NCBI GenBank assembly: GCA_903861145.1
Contig: CAIOTH010000089.1
Coordinates: 4,792-68,791 of the forward strand
DNA: 64,000 bases
Reading direction: 5' to 3'
DNA from: an uncultured Bacteroidota bacterium
GTDB taxonomy: Bacteria > Bacteroidota > Bacteroidia > Chitinophagales > LD1
A model generated the notes under the pieces. The model worked only from the letters and a program-made list of their open reading frames with translations, was not told the origin of the DNA and searched no databases. A program made the position numbers and the translations under genes. Positions 37,591-47,426 of the stretch are shown here, in pieces. Position 1 is the stretch's first letter; every line of letters starts with the position of its first letter.

Positions 37591-38934
37591 CTAAGTGGTT
37601 TTCAATCGCAGTTTTTCCAAAAATTCCCTTACCGAAGAAACGCTTACTACTTTATCAGAAAAGTAAGATTTTGCCTTACCAACCTCTTCATCATTGGCCT
37701 GCATAGAAGCAAGTATATTAGTCAGGTGCATCTTCATATGCCCTGCCTGTATACCTACAGTAGTTAGCGAGCGAATAGCCGCAAAATTTTGAGCCAACCC
37801 AACACACGCTATAATTTCCATCAGCTTTTTGGCATTCGGGTTACCTAGCAGTTCCAATGAACGTTTAGCCAACGGGTGTAACGAAGTTAATCCGCCTACC
37901 GTTCCAATTGCAATTGGCAAATTCATCCAAAACCTAAACACCCCATTTTCAACCTTACACTCCGATAAGCTTCTATACACTCCATCACGGCAGGCATAAG
38001 TGTGCGCACAGGCTTCTACCGCCCTAAAATCATTTCCGGTAGCCATTACTACGGAGTCAATTCCATTCATAATACCTTTATTATGCGTGGTTGCTCTATA
38101 TGGGTCAATACGTGCAATGTTTACCGCCCTTTGAAACTTCCAGGCAAACTCCTCGGCACTCATATTACCGTAGTCAAAAGTGCCAAGTTCTTCAATTTTA
38201 CAACTTACCTCTACATGCACTATGCAATCAGGCGTATAATTCGAAAGGATTGACATGACTATCTCAATATCCTTTTCAGTATCATTAAAAACTGTATTCT
38301 GCCTTACCCTGTCCGCCAACTGTTTACCAAACTCCTCAAGGCACGAGTTAATAAAGTTAGCACCCATCGAGTCTACCGTTTCAAAGTAGGCCCTTATTTG
38401 GTAATAATCAGGCTCAAGCATGCTAAAATCAATTAGCTCCATGTCAACCACCCCACCACCACGTTCTTCCATTTTAGTGGTAATGTGTTGGACACTCTTC
38501 TTAAGGTCATCCTTTATTTCACTAAAAAACTTGAACAGTTTGGCTTTATCACCGTGATATATAAAATGAACCTGTCCTACCTTTTTGGTTGATATCACCT
38601 CTGTTTTAAAGCCACCGCGCGACAACCAAAATTTAGCCGCATTCGATGCCGCCGCCACAACCGAACTTTCCTCGGTAACCATAGGTATGGCATAAATAGA
38701 CTCGTTAATCTTAAAGTTTGGCGCAATGCCAAATGGCACCGGGAAATTGGTTAGGGTGTTTTCACTAAACCCATCAAGCAATTTTTGCGATTCAATATTA
38801 TCATGCCAATACTCGGCAAACTCTTTCAAAACCTCTACCGGATTAGCGTACAGGAAGTTCTTGGCAAGCCAATAAATCTTATCGCGCTTGTTTAGCTTCG
38901 AAAACCCCGCTATCTCCTTTTCATTTAACTCCAT
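37591..38934 (-). CDS. hydroxymethylglutaryl-CoA reductase, class II
   Basis: 'PMVTEESSVVAAASNAAK', 'DSMGANFIN' and 'GTVGG' are present, and the 447-aa length is typical of class II HMGR. Confidence 0.92.
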   Translation of the reverse strand: MELNEKEIAGFSKLNKRDKIYWLAKNFLYANPVEVLKEFAEYWHDNIESQKLLDGFSENTLTNFPVPFGIAPNFKINESIYAIPMVTEESSVVAAASNAAKFWLSRGGFKTEVISTKKVGQVHFIYHGDKAKLFKFFSEIKDDLKKSVQHITTKMEERGGGVVDMELIDFSMLEPDYYQIRAYFETVDSMGANFINSCLEEFGKQLADRVRQNTVFNDTEKDIEIVMSILSNYTPDCIVHVEVSCKIEELGTFDYGNMSAEEFAWKFQRAVNIARIDPYRATTHNKGIMNGIDSVVMATGNDFRAVEACAHTYACRDGVYRSLSECKVENGVFRFWMNLPIAIGTVGGLTSLHPLAKRSLELLGNPNAKKLMEIIACVGLAQNFAAIRSLTTVGIQAGHMKMHLTNILASMQANDEEVGKAKSYFSDKVVSVSSVREFLEKLRLKTT

Positions 38935-39295
38935 CGCCTCAAAATTATAATTGGCGCGAACATTCCGCTAATGATTTACCGTTAAAAAGTGGTGAAGATA
39001 TAATGTTTTACGCCCGCTAGGTATAACATTACCCAAACGGTAATAATATAGAATTTGCCCCGCTTGCCATTTGCCCGGTATAGGCTCAAAATTGTAATTC
39101 CCGATTATTATGTTATATTTGTATCGCCTTGCTATAATTAACCCAATAAAAGGCCATATTTTATACTCCCCAATCTATCCCGCAATTTATACCCTGTTTA
39201 CACGTTACTGTATATCGCTTTTGTCTCATCCATATTTTCGGTTAATCAAATTGGCAAATTGTCGTCTTTACGCTTTAACATTCAATATTCAAATT

Positions 39296-39303
39296 TATAT
39301 TTG
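39296..39303 (+). promoter_or_regulatory. candidate -7 box (TAnnTTTG) for the beta-helix lipoprotein gene
   Basis: TATATTTG lies 33 nt upstream of the ATG at 39337. Confidence 0.35.
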
Positions 39304-39336
39304 TCCATCCTTAAAAAATTCAATAAACCATTTCCA

Positions 39337-40557
39337 ATGAAACATTTTCTTCCTTTCGTATTAGCATCTGTTGTTTTTTTATCGGCGTGTAAAACCAAAC
39401 CGACTGCAAGTGTAGATGCCACTTTCGAAAAACAATTACAGGAGCAGTTTATTAATGCTAAAGAAGGTGATGTTATTGAATTACCCGAAGGCACTTTTAC
39501 TTTAAACAGGTCTTTGATTTTAGATAAGGTAAAGAATATTACTATTAGAGGAAAAGGCAACACCAAAACCATTCTTTCATTCAAAGGTCAAAAAGACGGT
39601 GCCGAAGGTTTACGTATTACTGCCGATGGCATTGTAATGGAAGACTTTGCTGTATTAGACCCTAAAGGCGATTGTATTAAAGTACAAGATGCTACTAACG
39701 TTACTTTCAGAAGGTTAAGAGTTGGTTGGAATTCTCTGCACGATCCCAAAAATGGTTCATACGGAACTTACCCTGTAGGCTGCACCAATGTTTTAATTGA
39801 AGACTGCGAAGTATTTGGTTCTTCCGATGCTGGTGTTTATGTTGGCCAGTCAAAAAATATTATTGTTAGAAGAAACCGCGTTCATGATAACGTTGCAGGT
39901 ATCGAAATCGAAAACTCAACCGATGCCATGGTAACTGATAACTTATCCGAAAACAACACCGGCGGTATTTTAGTCTTCGATTTGCCTGAGCTGCCTAAAA
40001 AGAACGGCATGCGTTGCAAAGTGGCAAACAACAAAATCATCAATAACAACACTCAGAATTTCGGTGTAAAAGGTACTACAGTTTCCGAAATCCCAGCGGG
40101 CACCGGTATCATAGCTATGGCAACTAACTTTTGCGATATTGCCAATAACGAAATTTCAGGTCAAAATACAATCGGCATTTCAGTAGTAAGTTACCTATCT
40201 CTGCAAAAGCCGTTTAAAGATAGTATTTACGACCCTTACAGTGGCGGCATTACAGTGCACGATAACAAAATTACACGCGGCACAGGTAGCCCTGACAATA
40301 CTGTAACTTTCGGCCAACTATTCATTGCTATTTTCGGCGATAAAATTCCCGATATCATTTTTGATGGTGAAATTAATCCCGCATATCGCAATAACGATGG
40401 CACCATTAAAAGCGAACAAAAAATCTGCATTCGCAATAACGGTAATGTAACGTTTAGCAACCTCGATATGGAGCACAAAGGCAAAAACCGCAGCAGCGAT
40501 ATTACAAAATACGATTGCAGTTTAAATCCCTTAGATGAAGTAAAATTAAATCAGTAA
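39337..40557 (+). CDS. parallel beta-helix (PbH1/NosD-like) repeat lipoprotein
   Basis: I chose the start at ATG 39337 (MKHFLPFVLASVVFLSAC lipobox). Repeated turns of about 22 aa are visible: 'NVLIEDCEVFGSSDAGVYVGQSKNIIVRRNRVHDNVAGIEIENSTDAMVTDN'. Confidence 0.8.
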   Translation: MKHFLPFVLASVVFLSACKTKPTASVDATFEKQLQEQFINAKEGDVIELPEGTFTLNRSLILDKVKNITIRGKGNTKTILSFKGQKDGAEGLRITADGIVMEDFAVLDPKGDCIKVQDATNVTFRRLRVGWNSLHDPKNGSYGTYPVGCTNVLIEDCEVFGSSDAGVYVGQSKNIIVRRNRVHDNVAGIEIENSTDAMVTDNLSENNTGGILVFDLPELPKKNGMRCKVANNKIINNNTQNFGVKGTTVSEIPAGTGIIAMATNFCDIANNEISGQNTIGISVVSYLSLQKPFKDSIYDPYSGGITVHDNKITRGTGSPDNTVTFGQLFIAIFGDKIPDIIFDGEINPAYRNNDGTIKSEQKICIRNNGNVTFSNLDMEHKGKNRSSDITKYDCSLNPLDEVKLNQ

Positions 40558-40564
40558 AAAAAGT

Positions 40565-40592
40565 GAAGGCTGCCAACTGGCAGCCTTCTTAA
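40565..40592 (+). terminator. Rho-independent terminator after the beta-helix gene
   Basis: A perfect 10-bp stem, GAAGGCTGCC (40565-40574) paired with GGCAGCCTTC (40579-40588), has an AACT loop and is followed by TTAATT. It begins 8 nt after the stop. Confidence 0.75.
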
Positions 40593-40674
40593 TTAATAAC
40601 AACAACAAAAGTTTCAAAGATTCGGAACAAAAAAATTAAGGTCTCTATGTCTTTCGAACTAACAAAATGAATTT

Positions 40675-42888
40675 ATGAGTAATAAAAAGAAACTGAAAAA
40701 AGAAAAGCATTATAAACCTGAGAAAAACCATTCTGAAACGAATGAAAGCAAGCAGCATGTATTAACAGCAATCCGTTCATTGGGTAAAGACGCTACATTA
40801 AAAAACCTCTTCCCTATGCTCGAAAACAAATTGAGCCAGGAAGACATCATATTAGGCTTAACAGAATTAGAAAAGCGCGGTAAAATCAAAATTGAGCAAA
40901 AAGGTATTATTAAGCTATTGGAAAACAGGGAACCTAAAACTTCTCAAAAAGCAGAACACCCTGGCCGCGTAAAGTATTTTTATGGCACGGTAGATATCAC
41001 TCAGAACGGAGCCGGCTATGTAAGCGTTGAAGGCCTGGCAAAAGATGTTTATATACCCAAAAATGCTACTCGTAACGCTTTGCAAGGCGATGAAGTGCAA
41101 ATACGCATTACCTCACACACGCGTAGACCCGAGGGCGAAATAATAAGCATCGTTAAACGCGCGCAGGATAGTTTTACTGGCCGCGTTGATGTGTTAGACA
41201 AGTTTGCATTCTTCATTGCTGATGAACGCAAACTCAGCACCGATGTATTTATACCGCTTGATGCTTTGAACGGAGCAAAACATCACGACCGCGTTATCGC
41301 CCGCATTTTAGATTGGAAAACCGGTAGCAAAAACCCAGTAGGCGAAGTTGTAGAAGTGATGAGTGACCAACACTCATCCGATATGGACATGAAAATGATT
41401 CTCATCGGCAACGGGTTCAGTATCGATTTCCCTCGTGGTGTTTATGGTGAGTTAGATCAGTACACTGATAAAATTAGTCAGGAAGAAATAAGCAATCGGG
41501 TTGATTATCGCGATGTGCTAACTTTTACCATTGACCCTGAAGACGCGAAAGATTTTGATGATGCTATTTCAATCCGCAAACTCGAAAACGGTAATCACGA
41601 AATTGGCGTTCACATCGCTGATGTATCGCATTACGTGCGCGAGGGTTCGCAGTTAGACACCGAGGCAGAGAAGAGAGCAACCTCAGTTTATCTGCCCGAT
41701 AGAGTTTGCCCCATGCTTCCCGAAAAACTTTCAAACCTGTTATGCTCGCTAAGGCCTAATGAAGATAAACTCACTTTCTCCGCCATTTTTGAGTTGGATG
41801 ACAAATTCAACATTAAGCATTACAGCATTGCCAAAACCATCATACATAGCAACCGCCGTTTTACTTACGAAGAAGCCCAACAGGTTATTGAAACCGGTCA
41901 GGGAGACCATGTTGAAGAGTTACAATTGTTAAATAGGATTTCGAAAGATATTCGCGCTAAACGGATGAAAAAAGGTGCCATCGCCTTTGAAAAAGCTGAA
42001 GTGAAATTTAAGCTGGATGAAACCGGCAAGCCGCTCGGCGTAGTACTTAAAATTCGGAAAGACGCGCACTTATTGGTTGAGGATTTTATGCTACTGGCCA
42101 ACGAAACAGTTGCCCGCTATGGTTCAAAACTACGAATCGGTAAAAAGCTGCTTCCATTTGTTTACCGGGTGCACGATAAGCCAGACCAGGCAAAGCTCGA
42201 CATGTTCAGTGCAGTCGCAGCCCGTTTTGGTTACGTTATTAAATTCGAAAACCCAAGGCAAGCGGCGGAAACCTTCAATACCCTTTTAAAGAAAGTAGAA
42301 GGCCGGCCCGAGCAAAATGTTTTAGAAACCATGGCCATTAGGAGTATGGCCAAAGCGGAATACACCACCGATAATATTGGTCACTACGGTTTGGCAATGG
42401 AACACTACACCCATTTTACCTCTCCAATCAGAAGATATCCCGATGTTTTAGTGCATCGCTTATTAAGCGAAATTTTAGGCGATAGCGATAAAATGATTGA
42501 TAAAGACGAGCTTGAGGCACGCTGCAAAAACAGCTCGGTTATGGAACGCAAAGCCATGAATGCGGAACGCGAAGCAGTTAAATATAAGCAAATTGAATTC
42601 TTACAGGATAAGGTTGGCGGCGAGTTTGATGGCGTAATTACCGGTGTAATACCCCGCGGTATTTTTGTAGAGATGGTTGAAAACAAATGCGAGGGAATGG
42701 TAAGCGTTGAATGCCTCGGCAATGAAGATTTTGCCTATGAAGAAAAAACTTTAAGGTTGGTAGGAACCCGCACAAAAAAGAAATTCGACTTAGGTGATAA
42801 GGTGCGTGTAAAAATACTTTCTGCCGATATTATTTTACGTCGCATTGATTTGGGTCTTGCCGAAGAAAACCCTCAAACAACTAAGTAG
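40675..42888 (+). CDS. rnr: ribonuclease R
   Basis: A 737-aa ORF with RNB-domain blocks 'DPEDAKDFDDAIS' and 'HFTSPIRRYPD', plus a C-terminal S1 domain. Confidence 0.95.
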   Translation: MSNKKKLKKEKHYKPEKNHSETNESKQHVLTAIRSLGKDATLKNLFPMLENKLSQEDIILGLTELEKRGKIKIEQKGIIKLLENREPKTSQKAEHPGRVKYFYGTVDITQNGAGYVSVEGLAKDVYIPKNATRNALQGDEVQIRITSHTRRPEGEIISIVKRAQDSFTGRVDVLDKFAFFIADERKLSTDVFIPLDALNGAKHHDRVIARILDWKTGSKNPVGEVVEVMSDQHSSDMDMKMILIGNGFSIDFPRGVYGELDQYTDKISQEEISNRVDYRDVLTFTIDPEDAKDFDDAISIRKLENGNHEIGVHIADVSHYVREGSQLDTEAEKRATSVYLPDRVCPMLPEKLSNLLCSLRPNEDKLTFSAIFELDDKFNIKHYSIAKTIIHSNRRFTYEEAQQVIETGQGDHVEELQLLNRISKDIRAKRMKKGAIAFEKAEVKFKLDETGKPLGVVLKIRKDAHLLVEDFMLLANETVARYGSKLRIGKKLLPFVYRVHDKPDQAKLDMFSAVAARFGYVIKFENPRQAAETFNTLLKKVEGRPEQNVLETMAIRSMAKAEYTTDNIGHYGLAMEHYTHFTSPIRRYPDVLVHRLLSEILGDSDKMIDKDELEARCKNSSVMERKAMNAEREAVKYKQIEFLQDKVGGEFDGVITGVIPRGIFVEMVENKCEGMVSVECLGNEDFAYEEKTLRLVGTRTKKKFDLGDKVRVKILSADIILRRIDLGLAEENPQTTK

Positions 42889-45391
42889 TAGTTTGAATCT
42901 TGCCCGCAGCATTTTTGCTGATGGTAAAATAAAAAGTGGTTCCGTTACCCGGGGTTGAAGTAAACCATATTTCACCTCCATGCAGCTGCACCACTTTTTT
43001 ACAAATTGCAAGCCCCACACCGGTGCCGGGATATTCTGATAGGGAATGTAATCGTTGAAAAATCTGGAATATCTTCTCTTTGTATTCGTCCTTAATGCCA
43101 ATTCCGTTATCTCCTATACTAAACTCCCACTCTGTTTCGCGCTCCTCCACCGAGATAACGATCTTAGGTGCCTCCCCTTTAATAAACTTAAGTGCGTTAT
43201 CAATTAAATTCTGAAACAATTGATACAGGTGATTAGGCTCCGCCATTATTTCAGGCAACTCATCAACCGTAATTTCAGCCTTGCTGGTTTTAATGGTGCT
43301 GCTAAGTCCTTTCAAAACCATTTTCACCAAATCGTTCACATTAGTTTTTACAAATGGTTTGGGTGCCGATGATATTTTTGAGTAGTTCAACAAATCTAAT
43401 ATCAACTGCTGCATGCGCTTGGCCCCATTAACCGAAAAGTCAATAAACTCCAGGGCTTCCGGGTCTAGTTTATTTTTGTAACGCATTTCCAGCAACTGCA
43501 AATAACTGGCAATAGTCCTTAATGGTCCCTGCAAATCATGCGAAGCCACATAAGCAAAACGCTCAAGCTCCTCATTCGAACGTTCAAGCTGGGTAGCCCT
43601 TTGCTCTAATTCTTTTTGAACCCCCTTTAAGTCCGAAATATCAAACACCATCACCATACCGTAAATAATCTCCCCTTGGTCATCGCGTATGGGCAAATGG
43701 TAAACCTTCAGCGAGCGTTCAAAAAAGGTTTGTTCGGTTTCGCTGCTTTCGCCATCCAGTATTTTGTAATAAATCTCCTTTACCCGCTCCCTGTCACTTT
43801 CCTTTATCGAGTCATAAACAGTCTTTCCTTCTATCTCATTTTTCGGTTTACTAACAATACCCACCAAGGGCCCTTCGGCAAGAATGTATTTCAAATTCTT
43901 ATCAAAAATAAACATGGCCGCCTTAGGCAGATTGCGTGCAATTTCCCTATACAATTGCTCCGAAATTCTTATTTCTTCCTTAGCAAGCTTAACTGCGGTA
44001 ACATCGGTGGCCACACCTAATATGTTTATCTCATCACCTGTAATTGATGGAATGGCTTTTTTCACCATTTGCATCCAAAGAGGCTCGCCGGTATCGCGGC
44101 TAACCGTAACCTGCTCTGGAAACTGAACGTCTTTTTTAGAACTTAGCGCTGCTTCATCCTGCCGCTTAAACTCCTCCAGTTCCTTGGCAGTAAAATGCTC
44201 TTCGGTATCATAATGCCCCTCCATTTCAGTTGGGCTCTTGTTATACAATTTTGCCAATGATTCATTCGCCAGTAAATACTTTCCGTTCACGTCCTTAACA
44301 AAAATCATATTGGGCGTCGAGTCAAGTATCAACCTTAAAAAGTCCTTTTGCTTTTGCAACTCTATCTGTATTTTTTCTTTCTCAGCAATTTCGTTTTGCA
44401 TGCGCGAATTCACCTCTTGCAGCTCCTTAGTTCTTTCTTTTACCTTCTCCTCCAGCGCATTATTTAACCGTTGTAGTACATCCTGATGCTTAATCCGCTC
44501 CGATATATCACGAACATGTATCAAAAGGGCTCGTTGACCTTTAAAATCAATGTGCGCAACACTTACCTCAATAGGCACTACCTTACCCGAAAGCGTAATG
44601 CATTCGCTTTCAAACTTGCTAACAATTCCTTCAATAATTTCGGGCTGAGACTTTCTGATTTTTTCATGAACTCTTTCCGGCGAAATATCGAAAATGGTTT
44701 TCCCAATCAGTTCCTCGCGGCTGCCCTCATGAAGTTTACAGGTAGCCTCATTTACATCCAATATAACGCCAGCAAGACTTTCAATATAAATGGCATCAGG
44801 CGAGTTGTTGAATATATCCCTGAAGCGCTTTTCGCTGGCTTTTAAAGAGCTATCCGCCATCTTGCGCTCCTTAATCTCCTCGTTCAACATCTGGTTGGCC
44901 TCCGAAAGCTGGCGGGTACGTGCTATTACTTTCGATTCCAGGTCCTCTTTAGCGTAAATCAATTCCTCTTCCAAACGTCGCTGCCGTGCAATTTCAGTGG
45001 TAAGCACAATAACACCCATAAATTCGCCGCTATTATCTATAACAGGTTTCCCGCTCAAGCGCATCCAAACGCTTTCGCCATTGCCTTTCCGCATTATTAT
45101 ATCATAGCTATCCGATATCCCTTTTTTCCGTAATCCCAACTTGGCTTTGGTAATGCGCACGTTTTCCTCGCCATGCATAAGGCCAAAAACAGATTTTCCA
45201 ATAAGTTCAGTCGTAGTATAGCCAAGGGTTTTGCAAAAACGCTCGTTCGCAAATACAATTATGCCTTCTGTGTTAATGCAGTAAATACCCTCATTAATCA
45301 ATTCAACAAGGTCTCTAAAGCGCACTTTTATCTGCGCGCCCGAGTTGCCTGTAATTGAAAAATATTGATCTGTTAATGGGTTTTCTGCCAT
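42881..45391 (-). CDS. multi-PAS sensor histidine kinase
   Basis: There are at least four PAS-like segments separated by coiled coils. The H-box 'ASHDLQGPLRTI', the N-box 'LIDNALKF' and the G-boxes 'DNGIGI' and 'GTGVGLAICKK' are present. Confidence 0.9.
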   Translation of the reverse strand: MAENPLTDQYFSITGNSGAQIKVRFRDLVELINEGIYCINTEGIIVFANERFCKTLGYTTTELIGKSVFGLMHGEENVRITKAKLGLRKKGISDSYDIIMRKGNGESVWMRLSGKPVIDNSGEFMGVIVLTTEIARQRRLEEELIYAKEDLESKVIARTRQLSEANQMLNEEIKERKMADSSLKASEKRFRDIFNNSPDAIYIESLAGVILDVNEATCKLHEGSREELIGKTIFDISPERVHEKIRKSQPEIIEGIVSKFESECITLSGKVVPIEVSVAHIDFKGQRALLIHVRDISERIKHQDVLQRLNNALEEKVKERTKELQEVNSRMQNEIAEKEKIQIELQKQKDFLRLILDSTPNMIFVKDVNGKYLLANESLAKLYNKSPTEMEGHYDTEEHFTAKELEEFKRQDEAALSSKKDVQFPEQVTVSRDTGEPLWMQMVKKAIPSITGDEINILGVATDVTAVKLAKEEIRISEQLYREIARNLPKAAMFIFDKNLKYILAEGPLVGIVSKPKNEIEGKTVYDSIKESDRERVKEIYYKILDGESSETEQTFFERSLKVYHLPIRDDQGEIIYGMVMVFDISDLKGVQKELEQRATQLERSNEELERFAYVASHDLQGPLRTIASYLQLLEMRYKNKLDPEALEFIDFSVNGAKRMQQLILDLLNYSKISSAPKPFVKTNVNDLVKMVLKGLSSTIKTSKAEITVDELPEIMAEPNHLYQLFQNLIDNALKFIKGEAPKIVISVEERETEWEFSIGDNGIGIKDEYKEKIFQIFQRLHSLSEYPGTGVGLAICKKVVQLHGGEIWFTSTPGNGTTFYFTISKNAAGKIQTTT

Positions 45392-45600
45392 TCGTTACTA
45401 AGTGGAATGTAATGAAAATTAACGCTTTTGTAAATTATAGGTTTTTTATTTTTAATATCAGCTTACACTCTCAACGTTTACTAAAGTTACGCTTAATTAG
45501 TCTCAATCCGTTTTGTAAAATACAAAGTTGATGTTGTAGCGCCAACCTAACCAATCCTCATATAATTTGAATTTTACCACACTTCAGCCCCTTCGTTTAA

Positions 45601-46659
45601 TTATGCCAGGTCCTTTCTGCTAACCCCTTCAAATTGCAATATAAAATCCTTCCCAAAAACCTGCGAAGGTGTTTTAGCCCCTGAAGGCGGTTCTTTTTCA
45701 AGCACACTTTGTGCAATTTTCACTGCTGTGTGCGCTGTCAGGGTATACCCTTCTGGCAATGTTAGCATAGCCCTGTACACAGCTCCGCTTTTGGCCCTCA
45801 CCTCACCCCATACCATACTGGTAGATGTTTGCCGTTCTGTTTCATTTGGTCCCGCAGGCCTTTGTTTAATTCGGTTAATCAAAAAATTCTTTACAAAACG
45901 CGCACGTAATAAAAACCCCAGGTAATTACTCATCTTCATGCTGTCAATTACCTTTTTGGGTAATACATTGTAAACTGTTATATTCTGAATACCGGTCGAC
46001 CTGAACGCCGTTGAAATGTCTCCCCATGATATCGCTACTCCGGTTCTTCTGGTACCATCAATTTCAACCTGGCGTAAAACCTTACCATTCTGCACCTCAA
46101 CCAGTTTTCCATTACGCCTAAGCAAGGTCGGGTGTCCAAGGTTTTCTGCAACGGTTATCGCAGTTCCGTGCGAAATTCTTCCACCCTTCATATACAACGC
46201 CAAGTCAAGCGCATCTGCATTCGGCATTTTTTCTTTAAGATACAACGCCAGGCAATCACTGGGCACAACATCAAAACCAACACCCGACATAAGCATCACA
46301 CCTGCGGCAGTAGCTTTATCATTCAGTGCAAACATATTTTCAAAAACCTGGTATTCACCGGTTATATCCAAATAATGTGTTTGGGCTTTAATACACGCAT
46401 TTGCCATTATATCCGAAGTATACATAAACGGTCCTGCACAATGTAGAACCACCTTAAAATCTTTGATTTGCTCAGATGTTTGCTCAACGCTATTTAAATC
46501 GAAAGCCTTATGTGGCAAGTTTAATGCGCCTGCCAGTGCTGACACTTTTTGCTCATCTCTGCCTGATAATACCGCCTTCATCCCTGCTTTGGCGGCAAGC
46601 TCACTTATAAGTTTACCGGTGTATCCGTAACAGCCATATATCAAAACGCCTTCTTTCAT
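45601..46659 (-). CDS. saccharopine dehydrogenase family (NAD(P)-binding) protein
   Basis: It has the Rossmann N-terminus 'VLIYGCYGYTGKLI', and its length and pattern are typical of the Sacchrp_dh_NADP family. Confidence 0.8.
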   Translation of the reverse strand: MKEGVLIYGCYGYTGKLISELAAKAGMKAVLSGRDEQKVSALAGALNLPHKAFDLNSVEQTSEQIKDFKVVLHCAGPFMYTSDIMANACIKAQTHYLDITGEYQVFENMFALNDKATAAGVMLMSGVGFDVVPSDCLALYLKEKMPNADALDLALYMKGGRISHGTAITVAENLGHPTLLRRNGKLVEVQNGKVLRQVEIDGTRRTGVAISWGDISTAFRSTGIQNITVYNVLPKKVIDSMKMSNYLGFLLRARFVKNFLINRIKQRPAGPNETERQTSTSMVWGEVRAKSGAVYRAMLTLPEGYTLTAHTAVKIAQSVLEKEPPSGAKTPSQVFGKDFILQFEGVSRKDLA

Positions 46660-46772
46660 TTTTATTGATTTTTAGGTAACAAGTGATGCAAATTTAATTT
46701 ATGTTTAACCGCACTAACCTCCAATAATAATGTTTTTTACACGGCTATGACAAACCAGCCACATTAATTAGC

Positions 46773-47426
46773 ATGAACATATACTTAATACCTGGTTTGG
46801 GCGCCGATAAGCGGATGTATACGCACCAGTTAAAAGTGCTTCCCAATGCCCTAGTTCTCGAGCATTTGGAACCAATAAGAGGTGAAACTCTTACCCGGTA
46901 CGCAGAGCGAATGGCAGCGGGAATTGATACCTCTACTCCCTTTGCATTAGTCGGCACTTCTTTAGGTGGAATTGTTTCGGTGGAACTATCAAGGATACTC
47001 AAACCCGATAAGATTGTATTGATTGCCTCCATCAAAAACAGGGATGAAATGCCCACATTCATTCGATCAATGAGCATTCTGAAACTGCACCGTCTCATTT
47101 CCGGAAATCGGTTTAAAAGGCTAAATAAATTAATGGTAAAAAGGCTCGATAGCCGGGGCGACTCACCGGCAGCAACTATTATAAAGCAAATGACTGACGA
47201 TGTTTCTTCCGATTTTATTGATTGGGCTATTAACGCTATTGTCAACTGGCATCCACCCCAAAATTATAGAAGCGATATTGTGCACATACATGGCACAAAC
47301 GACCAACTATTTCCAATTCACAAAATAAACAACGCCATTGCTATTAAAAATGGTTCTCACGTAATGAACATGACCATGAGTTACGAAGTAAACAAAGCAT
47401 TGCTTAAAGCGCTGGAGATTGGCTAG
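46773..47426 (+). CDS. alpha/beta hydrolase
   Basis: A 217-aa ORF with the nucleophile elbow 'GTSLGG' and a late 'GSH' histidine region. Confidence 0.7.
   Translation: MNIYLIPGLGADKRMYTHQLKVLPNALVLEHLEPIRGETLTRYAERMAAGIDTSTPFALVGTSLGGIVSVELSRILKPDKIVLIASIKNRDEMPTFIRSMSILKLHRLISGNRFKRLNKLMVKRLDSRGDSPAATIIKQMTDDVSSDFIDWAINAIVNWHPPQNYRSDIVHIHGTNDQLFPIHKINNAIAIKNGSHVMNMTMSYEVNKALLKALEIG

Noticed and set aside
42881-42888. Convergent rnr and histidine-kinase genes overlap by 8 bp (CTAAGTAG). Similarly, the hydrolase and aldehyde dehydrogenase genes share a palindromic CTAG stop at 47423..47426.
   Set aside because: These are real but trivial consequences of tight packing. The stop-codon palindromes (TAG/CTA) explain them, and nothing indicates regulatory significance.
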